A DNA stretch of 63,354 nucleotides, filler included, from Phoronis australis (GCA_002633005.1; 4 parts of 4 records of this genome joined end to end with filler, not necessarily neighbours in it), one strand, 5' to 3'; shown: positions 25,829-40,182, counted from the first letter of the whole stretch. Notes: generated by a model from the letters alone, not told the origin. Numbers and translations: made by a program.

Positions 25829-26929
25829 GAAAGCGAGTGCCGAATCTTCTTGCAAGCTTGTGACAGCAAAAGAAAAAAAAAACAAATATGCCAGTGAAGT
25901 TAAAGAATGATGATGATCGTGCCTGTGGGGAGCGAGAAGAGCGCGGCAACACCATTCGTGAGGTGATTCAAAGATTACCGCTCATGGACGTCCGGGATTT
26001 AAAGAAAAATACCAGAAATAGTGCTAACTGTTTTGCTGATAAAACGGGTGATATTTTGTTGGATTTTTTACTGATAATATCGATACAGAGATGAAAAGAT
26101 TGACTTGTGGAACTTGTGTGGCTTGAATATACAACATATGTTTGACTCTTCTGTTTTGTAGTATTGGTCCTGAGTGCATCTTCCGCAGTTCATGATCTCC
26201 AGTTTAATGTGACATTGAAAAAGAGTGAGACGACATATAATACACCTACTATATTGCGATTTTCTCAAAAACGTACTAGTTAAAATGTTGTCTTTAACAT
26301 CACTTCAAGACACAATGTAGTGATTACACGGGAAATCAACAACAATATTAAAGCATTTCTATAATATCATTAATCTTTTATCACACATACCTCAAAATTG
26401 GTCATAAGGAAAAAATATATAAAACATTGCTTTAGAGAAATCAACATAACACATTCAGTGTACATTTCCTGCGAATTATTTTTGGAGTGTATTAGACTAA
26501 ATCATCACTGAATCATAGACAATCCATTTCGGACCGGTTCATAGTATAGAATTCTCTCACAGGGAATCAACAATAATATGAAAACAGTTTCTACAGTTAT
26601 AGCAGACATATAGTTTTCTTTTAAAATACTAATTGGTCATAACACTTGTATGTAAGAATCACCCAATGACACATAGAGTGGCCATTTAAATGTACCCAAA
26701 CACAACAAAAATACACTGGTTCTGTTAAAGATGCTGCTGAAATAACACAAATAGGAAAAAGGTTCAAAACAAAACGTCAAAATACACATCAGACAACTAC
26801 TACATGTAAACATAAACTCTGTAAATCTGAATAAAGTTTCGTGACTTAACAACTTTCACTACTGGGCTGAATAATTTTATTCATCGTTTTTCTGATTCTC
26901 ATGTCTGTAGAAGGAGGCATACTCTTTGC

Positions 26930-27210
26930 ATGACACATTCACAACAACAAGAAGTGTCCTCAGGCTTACTCTTTCTGTGAAACATTGATCGCAGATAGGG
27001 CACTGAAACAACTTGGTTCCTGAGCACTATGCTTAGTATTGTGTTTTCTTATGCGGTAAAAAAAATCTTGCTCCATGCCACACGGGACTGGTAAAGGTCT
27101 TGCTTGCAGCTAGTGAGTGACACTGTGTTTTATTGTCATGTGGTTATACAAAAAAGGTTTCTTCCTGAACGAAGCTCCACAACATATATGCATGCACAGC
27201 CCTTTGTCAA
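26930..27210 (-). pseudogene. Degenerate C2H2 zinc-finger coding remnant
   Basis: Minus-strand CMHICCGASFRKKPFLYNHMTIKH and, in another frame, LFQCPICDQCFTERVSLRT; interrupted by stops and frameshifts. Confidence 0.6.
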
Positions 27211-30200
27211 ATGCAGCAGTTGTGCTACCGGTACTCTTTTTTGAAGGCGTGTATGTTAACACACACTCTGAAGGACTCATCATGCGGCTACAGTTCAACT
27301 GAAAAATCAAACGCATTTAAACATATTTGTGAGGCAAAATCTCACACAGGAATCATACAAAACGGTGAAAATATAACAAAAAAATGACCTGTCAACTAAT
27401 TCATGGTCGTATTATTCTAAAATTACTGATATAACACCGTAACTTGAACAGTTATTCAGGAAAATGCAAAGGAAAAAATGTGCATTCACGATCGCATTTT
27501 TTTGCGTTCACGATGGCCATGGAGAATTAACAGCTTCGTTCCCGACCGCCGTCTCACACAAGGACCTGCTTGTATCGGTAGATAGCTCGAATTGTTTCAC
27601 AAATTATAACTAAGAAAGGTGTCACCAGGGACGAGTTAACTATAAACGTCACACGTGTCAACTGAAGAACCCAGGAATTGCTAATAACAAGTAGAAATTG
27701 ACGAATATACTAGACGCAAGTCATTTTACCGAAAGCCATTGCATTCTGCTGTCTCTACTTCAAAAAATAGCAAAAGCCAAGTATTATTTCAGATCCACAA
27801 CAAAGGCTAAGCTCTGACGCTTTTCGGTGTGTCGCATTGGAACCAAAGTAGCTTCTATTTAAGAAGAAAATGACACTTAAACTCACCGGGTACTTCACTG
27901 TCCTCTGACATTTTTGGTGTAAGGTCTCGTTCTCGATCGCCTTCCGGGCGTTCTTGATCGCAGGTTGGCCGGGGTGATGACGATGAAACCTTGCTCGTAT
28001 TCTGAGGAATCCGAAGGACACCCTGCAACATGTACTGGTCTACGCATAGGTGGATGCAGGGGTCAAGGGGTCCGTTCCCCCTTTTTTCCTTGATTTTAGT
28101 GATATCAAATCTACCATTTTCAAATAGACAACTTGGATATCCCTTTTAAAAGAATTCTTGATCCGACCCCCTTTAAAAAATCTGGATCCGCCCCTGCTAC
28201 GTTTGATGTTATGTCGTTGCAAACCTGAACATTGAAAATAGTCCATTCTCGCTCTAAAACGGGGTCGTAAATGCACACCGCCGCATCATCCCGTTGCACC
28301 TATATCGTGCAAGTCTCCCATATTTAACAGTATTAAAGCTGGGTCTGAACAAGTCTAAAGTTAAATCTCGTTTAAGTTCATAACACAGGTCTAAGGAATA
28401 TAGACCTCGTCGGTAAAATGAAAACTGACGTAGACCAGGTCTAAACTGTTGTTAAACCACGGATATAAAAGTTAAATCACCTTGATGAAATGCAGATTAT
28501 CTTTAAACCTGGTCTAAGTCCAGTTTAAACTAGGTTTAACTTTAAACCTTTTTATGAAATGGGCTTCTACGTGTTTATTTTTCGTACCCGTTTGTTTTGC
28601 TCAAAATCGGCAATTTGTTCGGCCATTTTGTTTGAGCACGGGTTAACCCATTTTAGGTCCGGGCAACCATTTTTTGGGTGCGGCCATCTGGTTTTTAAGT
28701 ACCGGCCAAAGCCTTTTGAGTTACGACCACCAAGTTAGAACACCAGCCATTGGGGTTTTGCAGTCCAGCCGACCGGTTTTGAAGTCCGGCACACGGTTTT
28801 GAAGTCCCACCAATTTTTTAGTTCCGCTTGATTCTCCGACTGAATAATTCCGTTCGAGTATGTGATGGAGTATAATTACTCGTTTAAACACGCATGTTTC
28901 GAAAGTTTGACAGAAGGTAACGTTAAGTAAACCAGAAAGAAAGTTACATATCCAAATTTGGGTCCCTTTTTTCATGTAACCGTCATGTTATCCCCATTTA
29001 TGGGATTAGGTCAACGGATTCCGTCTCATAGCAGGAAAATGGAGCCGATAGCCATCGTCGTGTAAGCAGATTCCCCTTCCGCCGACTTAAGCTAGTTAAG
29101 GGCGCTACCAAAAAGTTTACTGTGCCGATGTTTGCGAAAGGGGATCAAAATGTGTACNTGTGTATCTATTGGGAGATAGTTATTCATTTTTGATCCACTT
29201 TCCTTTCCGCGTCTTGTGTACAACTCAATTTTGAAATAAATCGACAATTCTATACATATTGGCATGAACAGCAAAAATCAGGTGGGTATTGTCGCGCCTT
29301 TAGGTCAGTAGCCTTTGTCCGAAACAATGCCCTTTTTCACGGTCTTCTTTTATCCAAATGGTTTACATATTGGTGCATGCGCCTAAGTGTAGCGTATAAG
29401 CCCAGGTAATGCTCCCTGCATAGGCCCGTACATTAATAGGCAAACAGACGCACACATTTTGACTTCTGCTGTGCTTCCTGGTGACAATTTTTTGAATTTG
29501 TTTCTATATGTTTGGAGTTCCTTTGTCTATTTTCAAGAAATTTGGTTTATAGTTTTGTATTACCATATTGCCGCGCCTTTAGGACTATATCGGAAATAAT
29601 TCCAATTTTCGCGGCCGCGTGGTTCGCATATTGGCGCATGCGTCTATGTTTTGCGTATAAGCGCAGTTCCGCACAGACATCCGCAGTACGGTAGTATATC
29701 AATGGAAATTACCACTCGTCCCGTAACGAAGTACGATGTTGACAATTTTTAACTCTTCGGGTTTCCTGGACTCTCTTGAGAAGAGCTAGATCTATAACAT
29801 AGGTGTGTTTAAAGTTTCCATACGTTTGCTTCAGAATCAGCGGGAAACATTAGGTATCGCAGAGCTTTGAAAAAGTCGACAGTGGTCAACAAAATTTTAC
29901 TTTTAATTGTCCAGTAAGAGGCTGGCTTAATCTTTGCTTTGTTTCTTTAATTTCTACATGTGTATTTCTCATCATTTTGGAAAAGGACAAATCACTGTTT
30001 AGTGATTATACAGATACATGCCCATCTTTACACAAAAGTGTTTTTCGTATTATGACACTTATCATACTTATACATGTGTGTCATTAATTAACTACTTTAA
30101 TAAATAATTAACCTAATTAATTAGTGAACCTATTAAATAATGCATGTTCTTCGAACACCAAATAATTATCTGCAATCACATATATCAAAAAAGTTACTCT

Positions 30201-31275
30201 TCAAATTTGCATTTCTATGTTTTTTCTCGTCCATAAAGGCTAAATGATAACAGAATTTGTTGACTTTTGTGCATAAACCGAGCTTTAATTTTATTCAAAT
30301 TTTTTGTATGTGTGAATTTTATTTAAAATAAAGCTTGATAATAAAATGCTGAGCCGGAAATAGAGGCGGCCATCTTTGAATTCAATACCTTCCCATTGAG
30401 GTAGTGTTAGGTACATGACCTTACTTGATTCGAAACGTTTTCACAAATTTCTTTAATCGTTGGTTTACCGATTAATTTGCAGTATGCTTGTAACTGATTG
30501 TGTACAATAGTTAGTGCAACGTGGGTATATTTCGTGCATTTATATGTTTTTATTAGAAAGCGTTGAGCGCCTTGCATCGAATCAATTTAGCATTACCTTT
30601 GCTCGCTTATCTATTTCTTACTTTTGTCACAGTGGTGGTGCAGTCGAGACGTTTTTTTAGTCTATCCAATCCTTAGCCTCGACTGGGACTACAATACTTT
30701 ATCTCACGCGCGTTGAATCTGTCGAGGGAAACACGGTCATAAAATAAAATTTTCCGTATTCACCTCCCGCACTACTTTAACAGCGACCTCTGACATGGAA
30801 AGTTAAAAAGGTAGGTCAATGCCGACTCGACGACTTCTGAGCCGGTTCCATCATCAAACTTTCCGAATATAGTTTAAAGTAAGACAGTTGCAACAGTGTA
30901 ACTAACACTCGACATGCAACCAGGCCCTAAACGTAAAATCTGGAACAAAACACGTGTATGTCTCAGTTTTCAATTGCTGAATAGTATATCGTCTGCAACT
31001 CAGGCGCCGATTCCTAGGAAATTAAAATGTCAAACATTGTTGTTGTTTTTTAACTATTCCAGGAGATGTTACAAGTTCACTGCTCAGTTGCCGTTGTTTT
31101 CATCTTTGCTACCTCTTTTCAAGACATAAATCGTTACTTTTAAAACTGTTTCTTTTACAAGGGAAAACTTGCAAACTAACGCGCAAATACATACATATAG
31201 GATGTGATCCGCCATGTGAACAGTCTGAATGAAGTAGCTGAAAAATCTGTGAAAAAATTCGAAGCGCATGGGATA

Positions 31276-31408
31276 AATACAAAACGTACCTCGATTGGCG
31301 AGACATTATTTCGCGTATCGACCGAGACCGAAGGTTGAGGTCGATACGCGGAATAAGGTCGAGTGGGATATTACTTCATGTACGCCACTCTCGATACGTT
31401 TTGTATTG
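31276..31408. mobile_element. Small foldback element
   Basis: AATACAAAACGTA...TACGTTTTGTATT outer stem; TATTTCGCGTATCGACC/GGTCGATACGCGGAATA inner stem. Confidence 0.7.
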
Positions 31409-31411
31409 ACT

Positions 31412-32210
31412 CCGGTAACCTAAAGTCGTGAATATAAGCATAGAATGCAGCTGATTGTACTACTACCCAATGTCCGTTAGAAAGTACTCATGTGGTATCA
31501 TGGAAATGTATCAGCCTTCACAAATATACGTGTTTGTCCAGTCTTGACCCGTGTTTGTCTCCGTAAGCAAAGTTTTGAAATGGTCACTCATAGCGCCGGT
31601 CATTTTAAATGAGGCCCTAACGTCGGGATCGTTTCGTTTAGACTGAAATGCACGAACTAAGGCCACGCAAATTAACTACAGTGCTTACAGTTACTCTAGA
31701 CGACATAAAAACGCATTGCATTGTTTATTAATAAGTTTCAATTGAAATAAATTGTTATGTGTTTTGCACCCAACTCCGATGTGCACAGACGTTTTCAATG
31801 AAGATGTTTACGTAAAACACTAAGAACCCAGCATCAGTTATCTCTTTGTATTTTATTTCTTTGGCTTTACAAAACTTGATCGACCCTGGGACATTTTGAT
31901 ACATTGTTCAAGATACCCTTGGAGCGCTTGTTTGAGCAAAGCTGAACGATGTATGTGTTCGAAAATATATTCTGAAAATGCACAAAAAAGCGGGTTAGTG
32001 AAATATGTTGTTTTTAAGATACATTTGAAAAATGAAGCCACTCACTCACTGTTTATTATCATATTGTGGTTATCAACACGTCCGGGTATTCGTTTGACGT
32101 TCGTAAGCAGACGAACGCTGGAAACTTCAACGCTAGATGTCGCGGGACCGCTCAGAAGAGGAAATAAGATCGTTCACGACATTACGGCACTCACGACTTT
32201 AGGACCTCGG
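31412..32210 (+). mobile_element. Non-autonomous TIR element (~800 bp)
   Basis: Left CCTAAAGTCGTGA and right TCACGACTTTAGG (~32191-32203) are inverted; left arm repeated at 11556. Confidence 0.55.
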
Positions 32211-33228
32211 CATGTAACTCACTTTTAACTTCACTTCGAGATTACATGAGATGAGCGCGCAGATCGATGAGTCATCAGCGTGTGGATTCTGATGGTGCAA
32301 TATATATAGATAATAATAATAATATAGAATGTCACTATGTAAAAACTCTGCCTTAACACGTCCGCCTGAGCACGTAAACAACAAGAAAGAAAATGGAATC
32401 GCTCAAGTTCATGAAAATTGAGAATGTTAATTTGAATTAGAACAGCATGTTGATTTTGATAAATGGCTATCTTTGAGTTTAACTTTTAGATTCGACACCG
32501 TTTTTACGACTACAGCAAATGCATTCCGGTTACTTGAATTGAGAAAAATAGCAATTGCATGTTCCAATTGAATACTTATTAACCAGTACATATATGACAA
32601 TTGAACCAAATTTATAAATTGTACTTTAAAGTCATATGATCCGTTTTGACGTTTTAAAAACATCGTGAAGCTGCATAAAAACCATTGAAACATACTCTCT
32701 GACACTTAATTAGAACTTTTCGTAAGTATGGGGTCGATCTGCTGTCTGTACATATTTTTTCTTTTAGCTTTTATTTTCTTAAAATCTGCGTGATCAAAAC
32801 AAACGAATGTTGCCCATAATGCTGTACGGTTTGACCTTTCGGCAACTTGAGACAAATAGTCAGCTGTTTCCGATACTGCTTCGAAGAAGAGAAGTTCGCC
32901 TTAACCAGGTAATTTATTCGTTTCTTGAACATTTCGATGACGATAGTGCTCCCTGTATGAGTTGAAAAGTCTAACTATTACGCTTAGAATTAGATGAAAC
33001 CATTACCTGAGGGAAACTTACAGTACGTACTGAATTCGATAGTAATCGTTGTGCTCGAGTCGAGTCCGCAGTGGTACCCTAGCCAGCCAGCTAGCGGTAT
33101 CAAAATACAGCTAGGTACCACTATGTGTTTTTCTTCAATAGAGCCCGAAATTCACACAGCCAAGTAGTATATTTAGTATACAGATTTGTACCAAGGTTAG
33201 CCCTAGCTCTAGGCCTATCAATGCTGTG

Positions 33229-33993
33229 ACTAAAAAGAGTGTAATGTTATTGTGGTTGGATAGACCCTGTTTGTCACTCGATGGTCGTGAGTTGAATTTC
33301 TACCTGCTGGCAGTTTTCAGACTTTGAACTTGAATTGCAAAACTATTCGTGGTTTTTCATTGCCATAAGAAAAGCATCGTCTGTCATCAGGGACTCTATA
33401 CTCTACTTGTATGTTGTATTAGCAAGGGCACATTGGAGGATTTAAAGGGGGGCCAAGGGAGCCATGGTCCCCCTAAAATTCTCCCAAATACCATCTGGCA
33501 GTTCGGGGTGCGAATTGCTGACTAGCACATGCCCCTTGAACAAACCCTGTTTACCGTTTATGTTTTTTTTTAGTAATAAGATCCACAAACCCAAAAATTC
33601 GACAGCCCCGNACTGAAAAAGAGTGTAATGTTATTGTGGTTGGATAGACCCTGTTTGTCACTCGATGGTCGTGAGTTGAATTTCTACCTGCTGGCAGTTT
33701 TCAGACTTTGGACTTGAATTGCAAAACTATTCGTGGTTTTTCATTGCCATAAGAAAAGCATCGTCTATCATCAGGGACTCTATACTCTACTTGTATGTTG
33801 TATTAGCAAGGGCACATTGGAGGATTTAAAGGGGGGCCAAGGGGGCCATGGTCCCCCTAAAATTCTCCCAGATACCATCTGGCAGTTCGGGGTGCGAATT
33901 GCTGACTAGCACATGCCCCTTGAACAAACCCTGTTTACCGTTTATGTTTTTTTTAGTAATAAGATCCACAAACCCAAAAATTCGACAGCCCCG
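33229..33993. repeat. ~382-bp tandem duplication joined by a single N (33611); probable assembly artefact
   Basis: 33229-33610 is nearly identical to 33612-33993. Confidence 0.85.
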
Positions 33994-36239
33994 CATACCT
34001 ACATCAGGCTGGGCGCGCGCATGTCACAACATTCTGGTTATTCCTGTGCACTGGCCCCCCTAACTCAAAATCCTGGATCCGCCCCTGGGGCGGATCCAGG
34101 ATTTTTAGTTGGGGGAACAGGGCAGAGTATTAGCCAGGATTTAGTTCGCCAAACATTTGCACCCCCGAACTGCCAAATGGGAGATGGGAGAATTTTAGGG
34201 AGGCCATAGCCCCCTCTAAATCCACCACAGACTAGTCAGCTAGCTAGTCCACTTGAACACATACCACTGGATCAGCGATGAAGCCTCGGACTGAATGCAA
34301 GCAAACTTGGGAAGTGCCGGTAGGCTGAAGCTTGTTGCGAGAAAAGTGAGATCATACAAATTACAAAACCATGGTTGGGAATGGGATGCAACAAATTTGA
34401 TGCCTGTTATTCAGTGAAGAAGGTTCTCAAACTGCAGGACACTGGGAGTGGTCATATCATTACAGGACAATATACTATGTATGGGACCGCCTCAAAGGCA
34501 AAAGGGTATAAGCCAAAGGCAGATATTAAGTAGGAGTATTAATAAAGGTCGAGCAGGTTACATCTTGTATTATCAGTGGTATGATCTCGATTGGGTAAAT
34601 AAAGGGCTAGGGACAGGGGAAGGTTAATGACAGTGCTTGCTTTTAACTAATGTACTCTTTCTTGGACTTTGAGTGTGCGACTTAGCCCTTGCAGACTCAC
34701 TTTATCAAGAACACAATCCATCAGTTTACATGGCAGAGGGCCTAAAGGGTGCTTCAAAAATCATCTATTCTCCTTGAATGTCAGCTGTTACAGACTTCTA
34801 GCATCGGTATTGGCAAGTTAACACAGGAACTAAACTTAATTAGTCTGGAAACAGGTAGAACACTGAAGTTTCAATTTCAGGTACACTCACACTTTTGCGA
34901 AAATGTGTATCCTATGGAATGTATTGATCAATGTTATCTATGTACTGCTCAGATTGGCATTTCATGTGATTACCATGTTTTAAAGGTTCATCGTAATGTG
35001 CATCACCACTTCACCAACAATAACAATACTCAAGCAACATAGACAACATGATTGGAGTACTGAGCCATGTGCAGAGGAATAGGCTTAGGTGGCAATTGAT
35101 GTTCAGTCTCTTCACATGCAGGTACATGTATGCTTGGAACTCTCGTTTCTTAACGCAATAGAACCGATTCTACACAACTTTTGTGTTATCAAGTCATTCT
35201 TATTGTTTTCTTTGATCTGTAATCACACAAGCTTTATAGGTAACAAAACTGAAAACCTGTAATAAAATACATATGCTATGTATCACTAAAATAGGCCACA
35301 TAAAATGCTGAAAATTATACTTTCTTAAAACTTCATTAATAATGGACCACTGGCTTTTTGAAGAACAACAACCAGTTTGCAGCTATGAAAACAACATTCC
35401 CCTTCATGTTGAGGTCATGTTTAAACTACAACTCAAAATTAATGTGGTTTGATTTTTTTCAGCCTCACATAAGTATGTCTGAGGATGAGGGTATTGTATT
35501 CAACTTGCTGTGTCCATACTCACTGGTGTGGTGGGTATCACCAGCTGTGGTTGTCATCAGGGTGTACCTGTGGCAGATGCTGAGGAGTGTCCACTACACT
35601 GAAAAGACCTATAAGAAACAACCTGTCACCTGCATTTTGCTTATGCCTGTGAGTATTTCTTATCAAGACAGTTTTGGAAATCCAGTTAAGCACCCTCATT
35701 ATGCACACATGTGACTCTGTGAAAGAAAACACTGCTGACATGACACTTGCAATAACCTTTTACCATTTTCCTTCCAAAGCTCTGGCTACAGAGATTTGGT
35801 CTTGCACTCAACATAAATGTTTAAGACAAATATCCAAAAGTCAATTTAACAAATAAATTATCTGAAAATATGCTCATAATTGTTACTTATTGAGAAAATG
35901 TGAACAAATTATTTCCAGGCTATTAGGTATTAATGATAACTGTACTAAACCTTTACTTGGCAATTGTGAAGTGAAAACATTATTATGGCCCTGACAGTAC
36001 GCCTGTGACATGAATATTCATTAAAGGTTATCTATGGATTATTGGCAGGTTCATGATGAGGTCCGGTTTTAGTCAAACTAAACAAAACACAATAAAACAA
36101 ACTCCTTATTTGAGTTTTGTTTATTGTTTATCTGAAATTTAAGTATAAATACCAAAATAGCCATAACAATGGATTGCCAACAGTACATTCTACAAGGTAT
36201 GTATAAATAAATCTTTTTCAATAAGGCATGCAAAAATGT

Positions 36240-36420
36240 TGCAAACAGCTTGTCCCGTCAGCACGCCATGTTTTTGGTCACATCACGTGACCTATTGAAT
36301 ATCAATCCAAAAAGATTTCTGCCCCGTCCCTGTCTAGGGTAGAAATTTTTTCGGACATACATTCATTAGGTCACGTGATGTGACCAAAAAGATGTGTGCT
36401 GACGGGACAAACTGTTTGCA
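36240..36420. mobile_element. Foldback/MITE (~180 bp hairpin)
   Basis: TGCAAACAG.TTGTCCCGTCAGCAC...TTTTTGGTCACATCACGTGACCTA is inverted in TAGGTCACGTGATGTGACCAAAAA...GTGCTGACGGGACAAACTGTTTGCA. Confidence 0.85.
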
Positions 36421-37479
36421 TTCTATAAGGTATTCAGCTTTTGAAGTACACTAGTTAATGAAGATTTTTTTTCTTTTATACATGGCTATGAAGAAAATTT
36501 TATTTTTATTTTTGATTCAGGACTTTTGGTTTCTTCGTCATAAATGAGAAACTGGCAAGAGTCTACTGTAATGATGTGCTGGCTTTCGACAAAGGTACCA
36601 ACTACAACAAAAGGCGCCTACCCCAACATATTTTCGCAATGCAAGGGTTATGTCAAAAATCGTACTGCTTTATCTACTTTCCTTGCAGTCAAACAAATTA
36701 TGTTATTTACTCGGGCACCATATTTCATGTGTCTAATGAATATTTGTTTTGTCTACTACTTAGTACTCAGATAAATGTGATTTCTTTGTGGTACTAATAA
36801 ACAAAATTTATGCCCAATACCATTTCTTAGTTTCATACTAAAATCGGATGAAGACTTAAATGTAATGAAACAGAACTGGTAAAGTTGCTACAAACCAACA
36901 TTCCATCCACAATAAAGTAACTTTTAATTTATACCANNNNNNNNNNNNNNNNNNNNNNNNNNNNNNNNNNNNNNNNNNNNTTAATTAATTAANNNNNNNN
37001 NNNNNNNNNNNNNNNNNNNNNNNNNNNNNNNNNNNNGGGGGTTCAATCTGAAAATATATTTTTTGCATTGTGAATTGCTGTTATGAAAATCAACGCGTTT
37101 CGAGTCTTTGTGGCTCATTGGCAAAAGCCCGGAGATCAATTGTGCGCGCGCTTCCGTCGACACTTCTGAAGGAGCCAAGCCTTTTAGAAAGATCCACCGC
37201 TGAACGAGCAGCTCTATAGCTGATTTCTTTAGGTAACTAGCTTCTTTAGTCTAAGGTATGTTTTGGTTTGATTAGGGGAAATACTGTGGTGCCGCAACTC
37301 TGATATTCAGGCGAATTGACGTGCAACGTTTTTACCTCATCTGTCATGCCGTGTCATCCTATTACACCCCACACGTTCGTAACTCGAATTTGACTGGTGT
37401 ATAGTAAAATTGTCTTGCGCAATATCATACAGTGTACTTGTACATGTAATACTTTTGAAAAAACTCGTTTTCCGAAGAA

Positions 37480-38540
37480 TTGCTTGTGGTGGGTGCCGTG
37501 GTCTGGTCGCGAGTCAATCTGTTTGAAGATGCACTCTAACAAGTTATGTCTATACAAGGAATGACCAAGGGGGCACTCACATTGACGAAATGATCGCATT
37601 CGCGAACAGTGTACAGTACCAGAAATTGTGGGGAGGCTGCGTTTTCACAACAAAGTCTTGCGAGACTCGTGCGATGTTCAATGGATCCCCTAAGGGCCCT
37701 AGTGCCGACCTCAACACCTACCGTCTCTCTACCTGCAATAAGCACCACTGCCGTTTTCTATACTGGGAATTTCCGCAGAAAGGCCCACCCGAAGAAACGC
37801 CCATGCCCATGGGCATATATTTGATGTTAGTACTTCGAGTTTCAAGCGTTAAGACATTGGGACGTTTATTTCGAAAATTGCAAGAGATATAAATGGGTCC
37901 TGGGATACATCGTCAAGGTTTGAAGTAGTCCATGATGAACGAATCAAATTTAGTTGCGCAAGCTGTAAGTCTTTTGAATGGACTTGGTAACCTCAGGGGG
38001 CTTAGTGCCAACTGTGTTGTGAAACGAGATGCTGACATTGTGGAGGCGTACAAGTTCATTGACACAGCAGTTGACGAAGTGCAAGCGTTGGGAACAAACG
38101 TGGAAGATGTCTGGGTAGAATGGTTCCAAGAGCAGCAAATCATTAGATCCGATGTACAGATTCCTGGGCAGTTTAGACAACGGAAAGATAGGACCAACAT
38201 TCCTGGAGAAACACCCAGGTAATAAGTTATAATTATACACAGTTTGTAATAATGTCGGTTTTTTATGCTTGTGTACAATGAAAACGAAACAGAAATTATT
38301 TTTGGACATGCCAAATTTGCCCAGTACATCAGAGGGTCTACGAGCGCACAGAAACTGATTCTGGTTTGTATTTCCACTTGAGTCTATATGTTTCATTTCC
38401 AAAATCTTATTTCACGTAGTGCGTAGTTAAATCTGTTCTCAATACTTGTTTCTTCCAGTTAATACTACAGAACGGTATGAAAACCCTTCCTAGAAAACCT
38501 CTCGCAGCAGTTGACCACCAGATAAGTGAACTACACGTAT
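37480..38540 (+). mobile_element. Decayed hAT-superfamily transposase (THAP12/ZMYM1-like type)
   Basis: ORF 37932-38222 has RDADIVEAYKFIDTAVDEVQAL..NVED...WF...RQRKDRTNIPGETP, like the hAT segment before the dimerisation domain; upstream FNGSPK; downstream LFLPVNTTER resembles LPVT...ERSFS; many stops and frameshifts. Confidence 0.65.
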
Positions 38541-38599
38541 GAGCAACCACTGGGGATTAAAAGGAGTCTAGAGAGAGTTTTCAATTCAAAGTTTTTTGC

Positions 38600-38935
38600 G
38601 AAGTACGCTTTAGGTCTCGCGACGGACAACGCCAGCTTGATTTGTGTAGATATCGAGTTTTAATGTACTTCTGGTCCCTCGGCGAACTAGTCTTGTGATG
38701 TTTTTTAACAAAGTGTGCTTTGTAAATCTATTTATCTCTGCCAGTACTGTTTGGTCCCGCGACAGATCGACTACTTTTATAGGGATAATAAGCACAGGTG
38801 TACTTTTGGTCTCGTGACGGACCAGGCCAGAGTTTTTGTGTACTCTCAGTGTACATCTGGTGCCTCTGCGAACTGCTCCTGTATATCTTTTCACCACGGT
38901 GTAGGCCTACAGAGTGCTTTGGTTTCGTGAAACTG
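38600..38935. repeat. Diverged short tandem repeat (GTAC.T.TGGTC.C motif)
   Basis: Motif recurs at ~38603, 38665, 38744, 38800 and 38851. Confidence 0.55.
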
Positions 38936-39654
38936 TTTTCAGATGATTTGTTTCCTGATACATTTGACGTTTTTCAATTGTTGTCAACATGATTCAGCTT
39001 AATAAAGTGATACTTAATTGTTTATTGTCGCTTTTAATAATAGACTATGAGCTGAGAGCACCATCGTTCGCCAGTTTTTCTCGTAACGAGACAGAACACA
39101 TGTTTATTTCCGGACTAACAATACAAGTCTTCGTTCTTAAACAGCTTGAGGCTGTTGCGATCATCTGATATTCAAGTTTTTATGCCCCGTCGGTGCTCCT
39201 TATGCTCTTGAATATTTGGTAGTTGTCTAAACCCCTGTATACACACCACACTTTTTCGTATGCCGCTAAAAGGTGTGTGTAAGCAGATGTTCCAACAAAA
39301 ATTTTTGCTGGTGGTGCGACTCATACCCAGATGTGCACAAATATGGTTTCACGAAACTTATGAGCCAAGTTCATGTGACGAAATCGAGAAGGGTTTTTAA
39401 TTATCTTAAGAAAAACTCCAGGGACATTTTAAGTGTCAGAAATGTACCAGGATGCATGGAAATTTCACTATTTGGCTACAAAAACAAAAGTTGTCTTACA
39501 CGGGAAGGGGGTGTACCCCTCCCGACCTCCCCCCCCCTCGGTCGGCGCCACGCGCCTCGGATTCGACCTTTGCGGGAATCCTAAACCCCCCCTTACTGAA
39601 AACGTAGATCCGCCACTGTACCTATCTTTGAATCTGTATCTATATCCAGAATTA

Positions 39655-40050
39655 GACATAAGAACTAAATGTACAGGCCACTGTAACCTAGCCTGACACA
39701 GACACATTAGTGGGCATATGGGGAGCCCTGTGTGTCCCGAGTGTGGTACTGAGTAGACATAGAATTCTTCTAAACACCTGGTAGAGTCTTGCCCAGCTTT
39801 TTATAGGCTAAGGAGCAACTTACTGGATGGCACTGTTACATGCCTACAACATATAGTGCATGGCAACAAATGGCAACGTCTGTCTGTTTTCTTAAAGGAG
39901 ACTGGCAGACTTGAAATATTCCTTCACGAAGAACCATTATGGGGCTCTCGTGCTGTAGCTCAGGTGTTTTGTGCAATGGGCCCAACCATGAGGCCTGCGC
40001 ACGTATGATGCACCGCAAATGACATCAGGCCACCTGCACTGTCTTTTTGT
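39655..40050 (+). mobile_element. Non-LTR retrotransposon 3' end (I/Nimb/LOA-group-like CCHC region plus 3' UTR)
   Basis: TGHCNLA*HRHISGHMGSPVCPECG...HLVESCPAFYRLRSNLL...LSVFLKETGRL, followed by a GTGCAATGGGCC...GGCCTGCGCAC stem-loop. Confidence 0.75.
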
Positions 40051-40182
40051 AATGTACGTGACACACTTGAGTGAAAAAGGAGCAATCCATGTTGTGTGTC
40101 ACTGTTGACGTATCTCAATCTGCTACATAATGGCAAACGTGTACACAATTTAATAGCAGTATTACATGAAAGTTCAAAGTTC

